This document shows, one piece after another, positions 38,641 through 50,606 of a stretch of DNA of 64,000 nt; position 1 is the first letter of the stretch, and each line of letters begins with the position of its first letter. This DNA comes from Pyrinomonadaceae bacterium. GTDB taxonomy: Bacteria; Acidobacteriota; Blastocatellia; Pyrinomonadales; Pyrinomonadaceae. Location of the stretch: contig DATFGP010000022.1 of the NCBI GenBank assembly GCA_035249365.1, positions 192,013 to 256,012 on the forward strand, in the 5' to 3' direction. The notes under the pieces are model-generated. The model saw nothing but the letters and a program-made list of their open reading frames with translations. It did no database searches and was not told where the DNA came from. The translations under genes were made by a program, and so were the position numbers.

Positions 38641-38732
38641 CCGTTGTCAGTAGTCAGTCGTCCGTTGCATGTGACAACCGCACAAGTTGCTAAAGATTTG
38701 GATTGAACAACTGACAATGGACTACGGACAGT
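38641..38732. repeat. Foldback element R2 between nuoD and nuoE
   Basis: GTCCGTTGTCAGTAGTCAGTCGTCCGTTG ... CAACTGACAATGGACTACGGACAG. Confidence 0.85.
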
Positions 38733-38738
38733 TTCTTT

Positions 38739-39299
38739 ATGAGTAAACAGTTCACGCCCAACAATCCTTTGCCGCAGGAAGCGCCCGTGCCTGATGAGGT
38801 CGCGAAGTTTTCGGCGGCGGTCGAGGCGGAGATTGACGCGCATCTAGCGAAGTATCCGGTGAAGCGTTCGGCGATCTTGCCGATCATGTTCGTCGTGCAG
38901 CGCGAGCGCGGCGGCTATCTGGACAAGCCGGGTGTGGCATATCTCGCGGATCGTCTGGGCGTGCGCGTCACGGACATCTGGGAAGTGGCGACCTTCTACT
39001 CGATGATCAACACAGAGCCGGTCGGCAAGTATCACTTGCAAGTTTGCCGCACGCTCTCGTGCAAGATTTTAGGCGCGGACAAGATCACAGAGCAGTGCGC
39101 GAGCCGTCTCGGCATCAAGCCGGGCGAGACGAGCGCGGACGGGCAGTTCTCGCTCTCCGAAGTGGAGTGCCTCGGCTCTTGCGGCACAGCCCCTATGTTG
39201 CAGATCGGTTTCGACTACTACGAAAACCTGACGCCGGAGAAGGTTGACGAACTCATAGAGAAGTGTCGCAACAATCAACTCCCGAACGGCGTCCGCTGA
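38739..39299 (+). CDS. nuoE: NADH-quinone oxidoreductase subunit E
   Basis: 24-kDa subunit with Cx4C...CxxxC 2Fe-2S motifs. Confidence 0.9.
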   Translation: MSKQFTPNNPLPQEAPVPDEVAKFSAAVEAEIDAHLAKYPVKRSAILPIMFVVQRERGGYLDKPGVAYLADRLGVRVTDIWEVATFYSMINTEPVGKYHLQVCRTLSCKILGADKITEQCASRLGIKPGETSADGQFSLSEVECLGSCGTAPMLQIGFDYYENLTPEKVDELIEKCRNNQLPNGVR

Positions 39300-39371
39300 A
39301 ATTTACAGAAGTTTTGCCGGTCGCAAGTTACGGAGTTTAACTAGATCAAGTTTTCGTCTCCTGTAAAGAAT

Positions 39372-40697
39372 ATGTTTATCGGTGCAATCGGTTGCGAACC
39401 GCTACAACTCGCCCGCGTCAGTTTAGAGCGTTCGCAGTCGCTCGAAACTTATCAGCGGCACGGTGGCTACGAGGCGCTGCGCAAAGTGCTGAATGGTATG
39501 TCGCCTGACGATGTGATCGCGGAGATGAAGAAGTCTGCGTTGCGCGGTCGCGGCGGCGCGGGTTTTCCGACGGGCATGAAGTGGAGTTTCGTGCCGAAGC
39601 TGAAGCAGGGCGAGACGCGGGAATCGCACCCGCGTTACGTCGTCTGCAACGCAGACGAGTCTGAGCCGGGCACTTTTAAGGATCGCTACATCATGGAGCG
39701 CGATCCGCACATGCTCATCGAAGGCATGTTGATTGCCGCCTACGCGCTCGACTCGAAGGCCACTTACATCTACACGCGCGGCGAGTATCGCTACCTGATC
39801 GAGATCATGGATCGCGCGATCGAAGAAGCACGCGCCGCCGGTTTGGTCGGCGATAAGATTTTGAAAACAGACTTCTCGTGCGAGGTCTACACGCACACGG
39901 GCGCGGGCGCGTACATCTGCGGCGAAGAGACGGCGCTCCTTAATTCACTCGAAGGCTTGCGCGGACACCCGCGCATGAAGCCGCCCTTCCCCGCAGTCGC
40001 AGGTCTCTATGGTTGCCCGACGGTCGTGAACAACGTCGAGACGCTGACCGCCGTGCCCGACATCATCAAGATGGGCGGCGAGGCTTACCAGAAGTTGGGG
40101 ACGGAAAAAAGCGGCGGCACGAAACTCTGGTCTGTCTCAGGCCACGTGAACCGACCCGGCGTGTACGAACTCCCGATGGGCTACTCCGACATGGAAAAGT
40201 TCATCATGGAAGACTGTCAGGGCATCTCGAACGGGCGCAAGCTCAAGGCCGTGATTCCGGGCGGGTCGAGCGTCTACATCATGCCCGCGTCCGACATCGA
40301 AGGCAAGAAAGTTACGATGGATTACGAGGGTCTGGTCGCCGCCGGTTCGTCGGTCGGCTCGGGCGGCTTCATCGTGATGGACGACACGGTTGACATCTTC
40401 GAATCGACGAAGAACCTGACGGAGTTTTACAAGCACGAATCCTGCGGCTGGTGTACGCCCTGCCGCGAAGGCACGGACTGGCTCGTCAAAGTTTTCAAAC
40501 GCATCGCGCGCGGCGAAGGCAAAGCCGACGACGCGCAACTTCTACTGGACTTGTGCGACAACATCGAGGGCAAATCCTTTTGCCCGCTCGGCGACGCCGC
40601 CTCCTGGCCGATCCAGTCGGCCATCAAGAAGTTTCCCGAAGACTTCAAGAAGCACCTTTCGTCACTGATACAAGTGAAGGGGGCACCGGGGAGTTGA
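39372..40697 (+). CDS. nuoF: NADH-quinone oxidoreductase subunit F
   Basis: 51-kDa subunit. GRGGAGFPTG FMN site, CGESEPG..., and a C-terminal 4Fe-4S motif. Confidence 0.95.
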   Translation: MFIGAIGCEPLQLARVSLERSQSLETYQRHGGYEALRKVLNGMSPDDVIAEMKKSALRGRGGAGFPTGMKWSFVPKLKQGETRESHPRYVVCNADESEPGTFKDRYIMERDPHMLIEGMLIAAYALDSKATYIYTRGEYRYLIEIMDRAIEEARAAGLVGDKILKTDFSCEVYTHTGAGAYICGEETALLNSLEGLRGHPRMKPPFPAVAGLYGCPTVVNNVETLTAVPDIIKMGGEAYQKLGTEKSGGTKLWSVSGHVNRPGVYELPMGYSDMEKFIMEDCQGISNGRKLKAVIPGGSSVYIMPASDIEGKKVTMDYEGLVAAGSSVGSGGFIVMDDTVDIFESTKNLTEFYKHESCGWCTPCREGTDWLVKVFKRIARGEGKADDAQLLLDLCDNIEGKSFCPLGDAASWPIQSAIKKFPEDFKKHLSSLIQVKGAPGS

Positions 40698-40722
40698 ACT
40701 TCATAAGCGAGGTAGTCTTATT

Positions 40723-41253
40723 GTGAGAACCATAAGTGAAGAGATCATCCATGAAGGAAAACATTTCAAGGTGATTCACGAGACTGTTGAGATTGAAGGG
40801 AAAATTAGGGTATGGGAATATGTTAAACGCAAAGACGGGACGCGGACAATAGCAATTGATCAAAACAATAATATTCTTTTAACAAGAGAATACCGGCATG
40901 AGTTGCGAGCTGAAGATTGGCGCTTGCCCGGCGGCAGATTGGATGATGAGAGTGAGCCGATAGCAGAAGCTGCTAAAAGGGAGTTTCGAGAAGAAACCGG
41001 CTTTATCGCCGACAAGTGGGAATATCTATGGTCAACCACGCCGGAATCAACGGTTAGATATTTCAGGCATTTTTTTTTGGCGACCGAACTTAAGCAAGGA
41101 CAGAGCGAACCTGAAGAGGGGACAAAGATCACTGTTCACTGGATACCACTTCCTCAAGCATATGAGATGGCACTGCGCGGCGATATTAAAGAAGAGATTG
41201 CCGCGCTTGCGATTATCAGGTTCTTTCATAAAGCTGAAATGAGAGGAAGGTAA
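40723..41253 (+). CDS. NUDIX hydrolase (ADP-ribose pyrophosphatase-like) in AT-rich island
   Basis: Nudix box GGRLDDESEPIAEAAKREFREETG. Local GC is much lower than in the flanking nuo genes. Confidence 0.8.
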   Translation: MRTISEEIIHEGKHFKVIHETVEIEGKIRVWEYVKRKDGTRTIAIDQNNNILLTREYRHELRAEDWRLPGGRLDDESEPIAEAAKREFREETGFIADKWEYLWSTTPESTVRYFRHFFLATELKQGQSEPEEGTKITVHWIPLPQAYEMALRGDIKEEIAALAIIRFFHKAEMRGR

Positions 41254-41369
41254 TATCTGAATTCTTCAACTTTGATAAAGTATGTTGAGTCTGAAAGTTT
41301 TTTGGTAAACGCATTGGATTTTGGCTAAGGCGCCGCGATCTAATAATTTATATTTTTGGCCTTTGCCTG

Positions 41370-42386
41370 TTGCAATCGTTCTTCTTCACATGTCAAGGAC
41401 ACATAGCGATGCAACCACCGTCGAACTTGAATAACAATAAGCCGGGTAAAGATAATGAATCGTTATTAAAGAAAGTCCTCAGATTACTCGGCATTCTAGG
41501 CTTGGGCGTTTTAGGTAGTTGGCTGGCTGGTAAAATTCCAACCTCAGACCACTTGCCTAATTTGCAGCGGTTTCAGATGGCTATTCCTTGGATATTGGCT
41601 ATCTTTTTCTTTATAACAACGTCGCTCTTGTATTTGAAATCGCGCGGGCATAAAGAGCTGGAAGGCAGAAAGAACGCACTGGAAAGCAGAAAAACCGAAT
41701 TAGATGCGGAATGCAAACGCTTACAAGAAGATTACTCGTCATTAGAGATCGAAGTCAAAAGATTACAGGAGGAGAACTTAAAGCTTCAAATCGAACTGCC
41801 ACGGGAGTGGGTAGGCATTCAGGAGCGGACTGGACTTCAAGGTTACGATCCTGACTTGAGTGATAGCCCGTTTCATCCTGAAAGGTGCTTGCCGACAATC
41901 GGTAAGAGTTTAAGTTTTATGGGTCACGGCGCAAGCAAATGGACGGCGCATGTCCCACCGCTGGAAGATATGCTTGAAAGAATCCGGGGTGAAAGAAACA
42001 AGAATAACTCAAAGGCAGTAGTAAAATTTCTTATTCTTAATCCGGCTCACGAAAAGAATACAAAACAACAGCGCCGCAGAATTGCAGTCAGTTTGATGAA
42101 TCTCAAATTTTTGCAGAATGAATTTCCGGAAGTGTTAATGATAAGGGTTTTCAATCACCTCCCACAGTTCAGATTAATTTTTATTGATGGTAAAAAACTC
42201 GTTGTTGGACATTACGGGGGCGAACAAAGAAAAGAGAGCGACAATACTCCTTTGCATGTTTATAGTATCGAAGGTGAATGGAGTTTCTTTCATCCTTTCG
42301 AGGAACATTTCAATACTGAATGGGCTGCCGCCAAGGTTCCAGAGTGGACGGAAATCGACACCATTGCAAACCAACCGGTCAACTGA
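41370..42386 (+). CDS. Hypothetical membrane protein with coiled-coil and an uncharacterised C-terminal domain (AT-rich island)
   Basis: Two TM segments, then a heptad-rich region (ELEGRKNALESRKTELDAECKRLQEDYSSLEIEVKRLQEENLKLQ), then an about 170-aa C-terminal domain. No family recognised. Confidence 0.55.
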   Translation: MQSFFFTCQGHIAMQPPSNLNNNKPGKDNESLLKKVLRLLGILGLGVLGSWLAGKIPTSDHLPNLQRFQMAIPWILAIFFFITTSLLYLKSRGHKELEGRKNALESRKTELDAECKRLQEDYSSLEIEVKRLQEENLKLQIELPREWVGIQERTGLQGYDPDLSDSPFHPERCLPTIGKSLSFMGHGASKWTAHVPPLEDMLERIRGERNKNNSKAVVKFLILNPAHEKNTKQQRRRIAVSLMNLKFLQNEFPEVLMIRVFNHLPQFRLIFIDGKKLVVGHYGGEQRKESDNTPLHVYSIEGEWSFFHPFEEHFNTEWAAAKVPEWTEIDTIANQPVN

Positions 42387-42409
42387 CAAGAAGACAGTGA
42401 GAAATCATT

Positions 42410-43465
42410 ATGAGTTCCAAGACAAGATTTCTTGATCTAGCCATGCACGGCGGATGCTCGAAGAAGGTTGGCGGCAAGGATTTACAAAGACTGCTTTCCA
42501 ATTTAGCTGACTCCGAAACGGATCACCAATTTTCTGAAATTAAAGGCTGGCTGGATTTTGGCCTTTATGAGCGTAAAGATGAGGCTCTAATAAGTAATGT
42601 TGATATTGTTCTGCCGATGGTTCCTAATCCTGCCGACTTCGGGGAAATTGTTGTTGCACATGTCTTGAGCGACATTTACACATCTGGAGCAAAGCCGCTT
42701 TTCGGGCTTAACATCCTCGGCGTTCAACAAACCATTGATTTAAGCAGTAACGGCAATGACATAAAGTTAATGCTGGCATCTGCTGCTAAAAAGCTACACA
42801 GCGCAGGAGCGCAACTCGTCGGCGGGCACTCGATTGGAAATCAATCTGACCTTTATTACGGTCTAGCAGTGTTCGGGATAATTAACAAAGATTCGTTAGT
42901 AACGAACAAAGGGGCCAAAACAGGTGATGCTTTAGTCCTAACAAAACCGCTTGGAACCAGCATCGCCTCAAAACTATGGAAGAGTAATCATCACCTTGAG
43001 AACGATTTCCAAGATGTGTTAACAGGTATGAAGCAACTCAATGACATAGCAGCAGAAGAAATGCTTAAAGGCCAAGCTCACGCTTGTACTGACATCACAG
43101 GTTTTGGCTTGCTCGGCCATACACATAATCTGCTTCGTGCGAGTGAGGCAGCTTGCGTCATCAACGTCGAGAACTTGCCCATTTATGATTCGGTGCAAGA
43201 CTTCGGCGGAGCTGAGTATCAAACGATGATTTTCGATAAGAATAAAGAATACGTCGTTGACTACGTAAATGACGATGATGTAGAGCTAACTTCATTGCTT
43301 GATGTTGTTATTTATGATGCTCAGGTTTCCGGCGGTCTACTCGTAAGTCTTACTCATGAGGAAGCTGGCAAATATGTCGAACGATTGAGAGACAGAGGAG
43401 TTACAGCATCTATTATTGGCGAGGTAGTAGAAGGTCAAGCGGGGTATATAACGCTTTTGCCATAA
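42410..43465 (+). CDS. selD: Selenide, water dikinase (selenophosphate synthetase), Cys-type, in AT-rich island
   Basis: Collinear with E. coli SelD throughout. N-terminal HGGCSKK loop corresponds to the catalytic Cys/Lys. Also PMVPNPADFGEI, GGHSIG, DITGFGLLGH. Confidence 0.8.
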   Translation: MSSKTRFLDLAMHGGCSKKVGGKDLQRLLSNLADSETDHQFSEIKGWLDFGLYERKDEALISNVDIVLPMVPNPADFGEIVVAHVLSDIYTSGAKPLFGLNILGVQQTIDLSSNGNDIKLMLASAAKKLHSAGAQLVGGHSIGNQSDLYYGLAVFGIINKDSLVTNKGAKTGDALVLTKPLGTSIASKLWKSNHHLENDFQDVLTGMKQLNDIAAEEMLKGQAHACTDITGFGLLGHTHNLLRASEAACVINVENLPIYDSVQDFGGAEYQTMIFDKNKEYVVDYVNDDDVELTSLLDVVIYDAQVSGGLLVSLTHEEAGKYVERLRDRGVTASIIGEVVEGQAGYITLLP

Positions 43466-43477
43466 ACGGATTTATAA

Positions 43478-45787
43478 ATGACTACAGAACTAATCAAAGT
43501 TACGATCAATGGCAACCTCTACGAAGTGGAGAAGGGTGCGCGCCTCATTGATGTGTGCCGCGAGCGTGGGCACGCCGTTCCCTCTTTCTGTTATTACGCA
43601 GACCTCGCGCTGCAAGCCTCTTGCCGTATGTGCCTTGTGCGCATCGAGAAGATGCCGAAGCTGCAAACGTCCTGCACGATCACCTGCACGGACGGCATGA
43701 GCGTCACGACGGAAAGCGAAGAGATCGAGAAGGCGCAGCGCGGGATGGTCGAATTTTTGCTCGCCAACCATCCGCTCGATTGTCCCGTCTGTGATCGCGG
43801 CGGCGAGTGCGAGTTGCAGGAGATGGTCTTCGACTGGGGCGGCCTCGAAGAACGCTTTCGGGAGAAGAAGAACTACTACCCCGAAAAATTCCTGTCGCCT
43901 ATCGTCGCTAACGATCCGCAGCGTTGCATTTTGTGTAAACGCTGCACGCGCGTCTGCGATGAGTGGATGGGCGAGGACGCTATCGAAGCGGGTGGGCGCG
44001 GCGCGAACACAGTCATCGGCACGTTTGACGGCTGGCTCAATTGCTCACAGTGCGGCAACTGCATCGAAGTCTGCCCGACGGGCACGCTGCTAGATGCTAC
44101 ATACCGACATCAAGCGCGGCCTTGGGAACTCTCGCAGACGATCACGACATGCAATTTTTGCTCGGACGGCTGCCAGATGTCGCTCGGTTCGCGCGCCGGA
44201 GAAGTAATGCGTTCCGTCGCGCGCGACCGTTACGTCAACGGCATCAACGGCGAGTTTCTATGCATCAAAGGCCGCTTCGCGCACCCCTTTATCAATCACG
44301 ACGAGCGCATCAAGACGCCGCTCATACGCTACAAAAAGGGCGGCAAGCTAATTCCGGCGACGTGGGACGAAGCCATACGCCACACCGCCGCGAAACTGCA
44401 AGAGATCAAAACGGCACACGGCGGCGACTCGATCGGCGTCGTCGGCAGCCCGCGCATCACGAACGAGGCAAACTACGCGCTCTTGAAGTTCGCGCGCGAA
44501 GTCGTCGGCACAGAGAACTACACCGCGACGGACGCCTTCTCGCTCGTGCCCTTCTTCGCGAATTTGAGCGCGCCGCTGGCGACGCATCGAGACATTCGCC
44601 ATGCCAAGACGATCATACTCATCGGCGGCGAGCCGGAAGAGTTGCAGCCGCTCACGGGTCGGCAGATCAGGCAGGCCGTCCGAAACGGCGGCGCAAAACT
44701 CGTCGTCGTGGGCAGCGTGCCGATTCGTTTGAAACAAGCGGCGACGCAGTTCATACACATCAATCCGGGCGCGGAAGATGCCGCCGTGCTCGCTTTCGCT
44801 GGCAGCGAATACGCGACTGCCGCGCACAAGTCGGGCGTAGAAGCGCGTGAGTTTGAAGATGCGCGGCGCATCGTAGAAGAGACGACGGGCGATGTCGTCG
44901 TCATGTTCGGCGAGTTGAGCGCGGCGGCGCAAACGGCGCTCGCAAACATTCCTTCAAATTACGGCGAGCAAACCGGCCGACGCTTTTTGTTTCACCCGCT
45001 CCCGCTCTACAACAACAGCGTCGGTGTACACGATCTCGGCTTGATGGGGGGCGCGCTCGACGCCGCAGGCATGCTCGATGCGGCGGGCACGAGGCTTCGC
45101 GCGCTTTACGTCGCGGGTAGTTTCTTGCCACGGCATCTCGCGGGGCGCGAGGACGCGCTCTCGAAGCTGGACTTCCTCGTCGTGCAGGAAATGTTCGAGA
45201 CGGAGACGACCGCGCACGCCGACGTGATCTTTCCCGCCGCGTCCTACGCGGAGACGGACGGGACGTTTACGAACAACGACGGGTTAGTGCAGCGCGTGCG
45301 CCAGTCAATTCCGCCCGTTCATCAATCGAGACCGGACTGGATGATCACTGACGCGCTCGCGCAGGGGCTAGGCGCAAACTTCGACTTCCAGTGGTCGGCC
45401 GGAAAAGTCTTCCTCGAGCTTGCGCGCAGCACGGCGGCATATGCGGGCATGAAGTTCGCGCTTTTGAAAGACGAGACGCAGCCTGTTCAAGCGAGGCACG
45501 CGGTTGCAGGTAGCGGCGCGAGCGATGCCGTGTCAGGTGCGCTGGCAAGTTTACGCGAGACGGTCGAGGCGTTGAGCTATACGGGCGAGAAGATCACGGA
45601 GACGCCGCCCGTCGGGCATGAACTGTTTAAGCCGGGGACGCTGACGGGCAAGACGCCGCAGTTCCCTCTGCTCGACGCCGGAAACCCGAAACCGCCCACA
45701 GTGCTCGTGTCGCCGCTTTATCAAATTTCCGTTGACCCCGCGCTGCGCCGCGCGACTGTGAACGCCGCAGCCGCCGCAGGAGACTAG
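43478..45787 (+). CDS. nuoG: NADH-quinone oxidoreductase subunit G
   Basis: 75-kDa subunit. N-terminal 2Fe-2S ferredoxin, and CPxC.../CxxCxxxCP clusters. Confidence 0.95.
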   Translation: MTTELIKVTINGNLYEVEKGARLIDVCRERGHAVPSFCYYADLALQASCRMCLVRIEKMPKLQTSCTITCTDGMSVTTESEEIEKAQRGMVEFLLANHPLDCPVCDRGGECELQEMVFDWGGLEERFREKKNYYPEKFLSPIVANDPQRCILCKRCTRVCDEWMGEDAIEAGGRGANTVIGTFDGWLNCSQCGNCIEVCPTGTLLDATYRHQARPWELSQTITTCNFCSDGCQMSLGSRAGEVMRSVARDRYVNGINGEFLCIKGRFAHPFINHDERIKTPLIRYKKGGKLIPATWDEAIRHTAAKLQEIKTAHGGDSIGVVGSPRITNEANYALLKFAREVVGTENYTATDAFSLVPFFANLSAPLATHRDIRHAKTIILIGGEPEELQPLTGRQIRQAVRNGGAKLVVVGSVPIRLKQAATQFIHINPGAEDAAVLAFAGSEYATAAHKSGVEAREFEDARRIVEETTGDVVVMFGELSAAAQTALANIPSNYGEQTGRRFLFHPLPLYNNSVGVHDLGLMGGALDAAGMLDAAGTRLRALYVAGSFLPRHLAGREDALSKLDFLVVQEMFETETTAHADVIFPAASYAETDGTFTNNDGLVQRVRQSIPPVHQSRPDWMITDALAQGLGANFDFQWSAGKVFLELARSTAAYAGMKFALLKDETQPVQARHAVAGSGASDAVSGALASLRETVEALSYTGEKITETPPVGHELFKPGTLTGKTPQFPLLDAGNPKPPTVLVSPLYQISVDPALRRATVNAAAAAGD

Positions 45788-45789
45788 AA

Positions 45790-45882
45790 GGAGGGATGAG
45801 GGCGGAGGGATGAGGGATGAATAAGAGATGTTCTTAAGCTCTTAGTTATTCCTGTTCATCCCTCATCCCTTATCCTTCATCT
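45790..45882. repeat. Foldback element, GGGATGA heptamer type, between nuoG and nuoH
   Basis: GGAGGGATGAGGGCGGAGGGATGAGGGATGA ... TCATCCCTCATCCCTTATCCTTCATCTC. Confidence 0.8.
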
Positions 45883-45892
45883 CTTGATCGTT

Positions 45893-46975
45893 ATGGACTG
45901 GAACACAATCACATACGTCGGCTTGAAAATGCTGGGCATCAACATCGCCTTCGTGGTGGTCTTGATGATCGTGGCCTATACGGTGCTGGCGGAGCGGCGC
46001 ATTCTCGCGCTGATTCAGGGGCGCTTGGGGCCAAACCGCGTCGGGCCGGGCGGGCTTCTGCAACCGTTCGCAGACCTTTTGAAGTTTATCTTCAAAGAAG
46101 AGATCGTGCCCGATAAGGCGACGAAGTTCGTCTATTTTCTCGCACCCTTCATCGCCATCGTCGGCGCGCTGATGACGATCATAGTCTACCCGTTCGGGCC
46201 GGAAGTGAACCTTCCGTTCCTCGGCACGATCAAACTCGTCGTCGCGCAGTTCGATGTAGGACTCCTGTATGTGTTGGCGATCACTTCCATAGGCGTCTAC
46301 GGTATCGCGCTTGCCGGTTGGTCTTCCAACAACAAGTACAGTCTGATGGGCGGCCTGCGCGCGGCGGCTCAACTCATCTCTTATGAGCTTTCGCTGGGGC
46401 TGGGGCTGGTCGGCGTCGTGTTGTTGTCGGGCACGCTTGACCTCTACCAGATCGTCGAGCATCAATCCGGCTATTGGTGGGTGGCGGGCGTCGTGCCAAT
46501 TCCGCGCTGGAATATTTTCCCGCAATTCATAGGCTTCGTCGTCTACCTGATCTCCGCGATTGCAGAGACGAACCGCGTGCCGTTCGACTTGCCGGAGGCG
46601 GAGACGGAACTCGTCGCGGGCTTCCACACGGAATACAGTGCCTTGAAGTTCGCGCTCTTCTTCATGGCCGAGTACGTCAACATGTTCACGGTCTCGATGC
46701 TGGCGGCCACGCTCTTCTTCGGCGGCTGGAATTTCCCCTGGCTCGATCTCCTCGTCGCACGCGGCGGGTTTCTGTTCGGGCTGTTGAGCCTCGTCGCGTT
46801 TCTCTTGAAAGTTTTGTTCTTTCTCTTTTTGTATATCTGGCTGCGCGGGACGCTGCCGCGTTTTCGCTTCGACCAGTTGATGAACTTCGGTTGGAAATTT
46901 TTGCTGCCGGTGGCGATCCTGAACGTCGTTTTGACGGCGACGGTCGTGTTCGTCTTGATGAGTTTACGACCCTAG
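45893..46975 (+). CDS. nuoH: NADH-quinone oxidoreductase subunit H
   Basis: ND1 family (LAERRILALIQGRLGPNRVGP...). Confidence 0.95.
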   Translation: MDWNTITYVGLKMLGINIAFVVVLMIVAYTVLAERRILALIQGRLGPNRVGPGGLLQPFADLLKFIFKEEIVPDKATKFVYFLAPFIAIVGALMTIIVYPFGPEVNLPFLGTIKLVVAQFDVGLLYVLAITSIGVYGIALAGWSSNNKYSLMGGLRAAAQLISYELSLGLGLVGVVLLSGTLDLYQIVEHQSGYWWVAGVVPIPRWNIFPQFIGFVVYLISAIAETNRVPFDLPEAETELVAGFHTEYSALKFALFFMAEYVNMFTVSMLAATLFFGGWNFPWLDLLVARGGFLFGLLSLVAFLLKVLFFLFLYIWLRGTLPRFRFDQLMNFGWKFLLPVAILNVVLTATVVFVLMSLRP

Positions 46976-47055
46976 CGCGCGGGGCGTGGACGCAGGCAGG
47001 CATCTTTGTAAACATCGCCTGCTGCGGTCGGCTTTCGCTCGATAGTTTTTCACTT

Positions 47056-47730
47056 ATGACGACTTTTCTCTTCGTGCTGTTGGCTGGTCTCGCGGTCGGT
47101 TCTGCCGTCGCGATGGTAGTGCAGCGCAATCCGCTCTACAGCGCGATCTCTCTGATCGGCGTCTTCATCGCGCTCGCAGGGTTGTACCTGACGCTCGCCG
47201 CGCCCTTCCTCGCTGCCATACAGATCATCGTCTACGCGGGCGCGATCATGGTGCTCGTCGTCTTCGTCATCATGCTGTTGAACGTCGAAGAAGAGGAGCG
47301 CAAACCCGTGCGGCTCGGTTATCTGACCGCCGCCGCCATCCTGCTCGCGGCGATTCTCTTCGGCGAGGCCGGATTCATACTCTATTTCATGGGGCAGTCG
47401 AGCCTCGAACCGCTCGACCCGAACGCCATCGGCGACCCCTCGAACGTCGGCCTGACCACATCCATCGGGACGGGACTTTTCACGAACTACCTGCTGCCCT
47501 TCGAGATCACGTCCGTGCTGCTCTTGATGGCGATTGTCGGCGCGTTGACGCTCGCGCGTCGCGTCGGGTTGCGACCGACCGATCTAGTGATCCCCGGCGC
47601 GCAGGTGCTGACGCGACAGACGCTCGACCCGAAAGCGATTGGCGACGCAACAGAAGTTGTGACTTCGACGACCGCAGAGGCCGAACGCGTGCTCGGACTC
47701 GAAGGCGCGCGGCACAGGCGCGAACAGTAG
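47056..47730 (+). CDS. nuoJ: NADH-quinone oxidoreductase subunit J (extended C-terminus)
   Basis: ND6 family N-terminus MTTFLFVLLAGLAVGSAVAMVV. Follows nuoH directly, with no nuoI between them. Confidence 0.85.
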   Translation: MTTFLFVLLAGLAVGSAVAMVVQRNPLYSAISLIGVFIALAGLYLTLAAPFLAAIQIIVYAGAIMVLVVFVIMLLNVEEEERKPVRLGYLTAAAILLAAILFGEAGFILYFMGQSSLEPLDPNAIGDPSNVGLTTSIGTGLFTNYLLPFEITSVLLLMAIVGALTLARRVGLRPTDLVIPGAQVLTRQTLDPKAIGDATEVVTSTTAEAERVLGLEGARHRREQ

Positions 47731-47745
47731 AGGGGAAAAGTGTCT

Positions 47746-48054
47746 ATGCCCGGTGTATCTCTTTCATGGTATCTCGCGCTCTCGGCGGTGTTGTTCACCA
47801 TCGGCGTGGCGGGCGTCATCATCAAGCGCAACGCCATCGCCATGTTCATGTGCATCGAGTTGATGTTGAACGCCGTCAATTTAACCTTCGTCGCCTTCTC
47901 AAGTTACTTCCGAGATGCTAGCGGCCAACTCTTCGTCTTCATCGTGATGACGGTGGCGGCGGCTGAAGCGGCGGTCGGACTCGGCATCATCCTCGCCGTC
48001 TTTCGCAACCGCGAATCGCTCGACGTGGACGATTCCAGCGTGTTGAGGAACTGA
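47746..48054 (+). CDS. nuoK: NADH-quinone oxidoreductase subunit K
   Basis: ND4L family. Confidence 0.9.
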   Translation: MPGVSLSWYLALSAVLFTIGVAGVIIKRNAIAMFMCIELMLNAVNLTFVAFSSYFRDASGQLFVFIVMTVAAAEAAVGLGIILAVFRNRESLDVDDSSVLRN

Positions 48055-48058
48055 AGAT

Positions 48059-48179
48059 TGTCCGTTGTCAGTAGTCAGTTGTCCGTTGCTTGTGGTTACG
48101 ACACAAGTTGCTGAAGATTGAGTAGATCAACTGACAATGAACAAAGAACAACTGACAACGGACTACTGACAACGGACAG
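48059..48179. repeat. Foldback element R2 between nuoK and nuoL
   Basis: TGTCCGTTGTCAGTAGTCAGTTGTCCGTTG ... CAACTGACAACGGACTACTGACAACGGACAG, with 5 nt to the nuoL ATG. Confidence 0.85.
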
Positions 48180-48184
48180 CCCTT

Positions 48185-50599
<2,415 letters not shown>

Positions 50600-50606
50600 A
50601 CAACTT

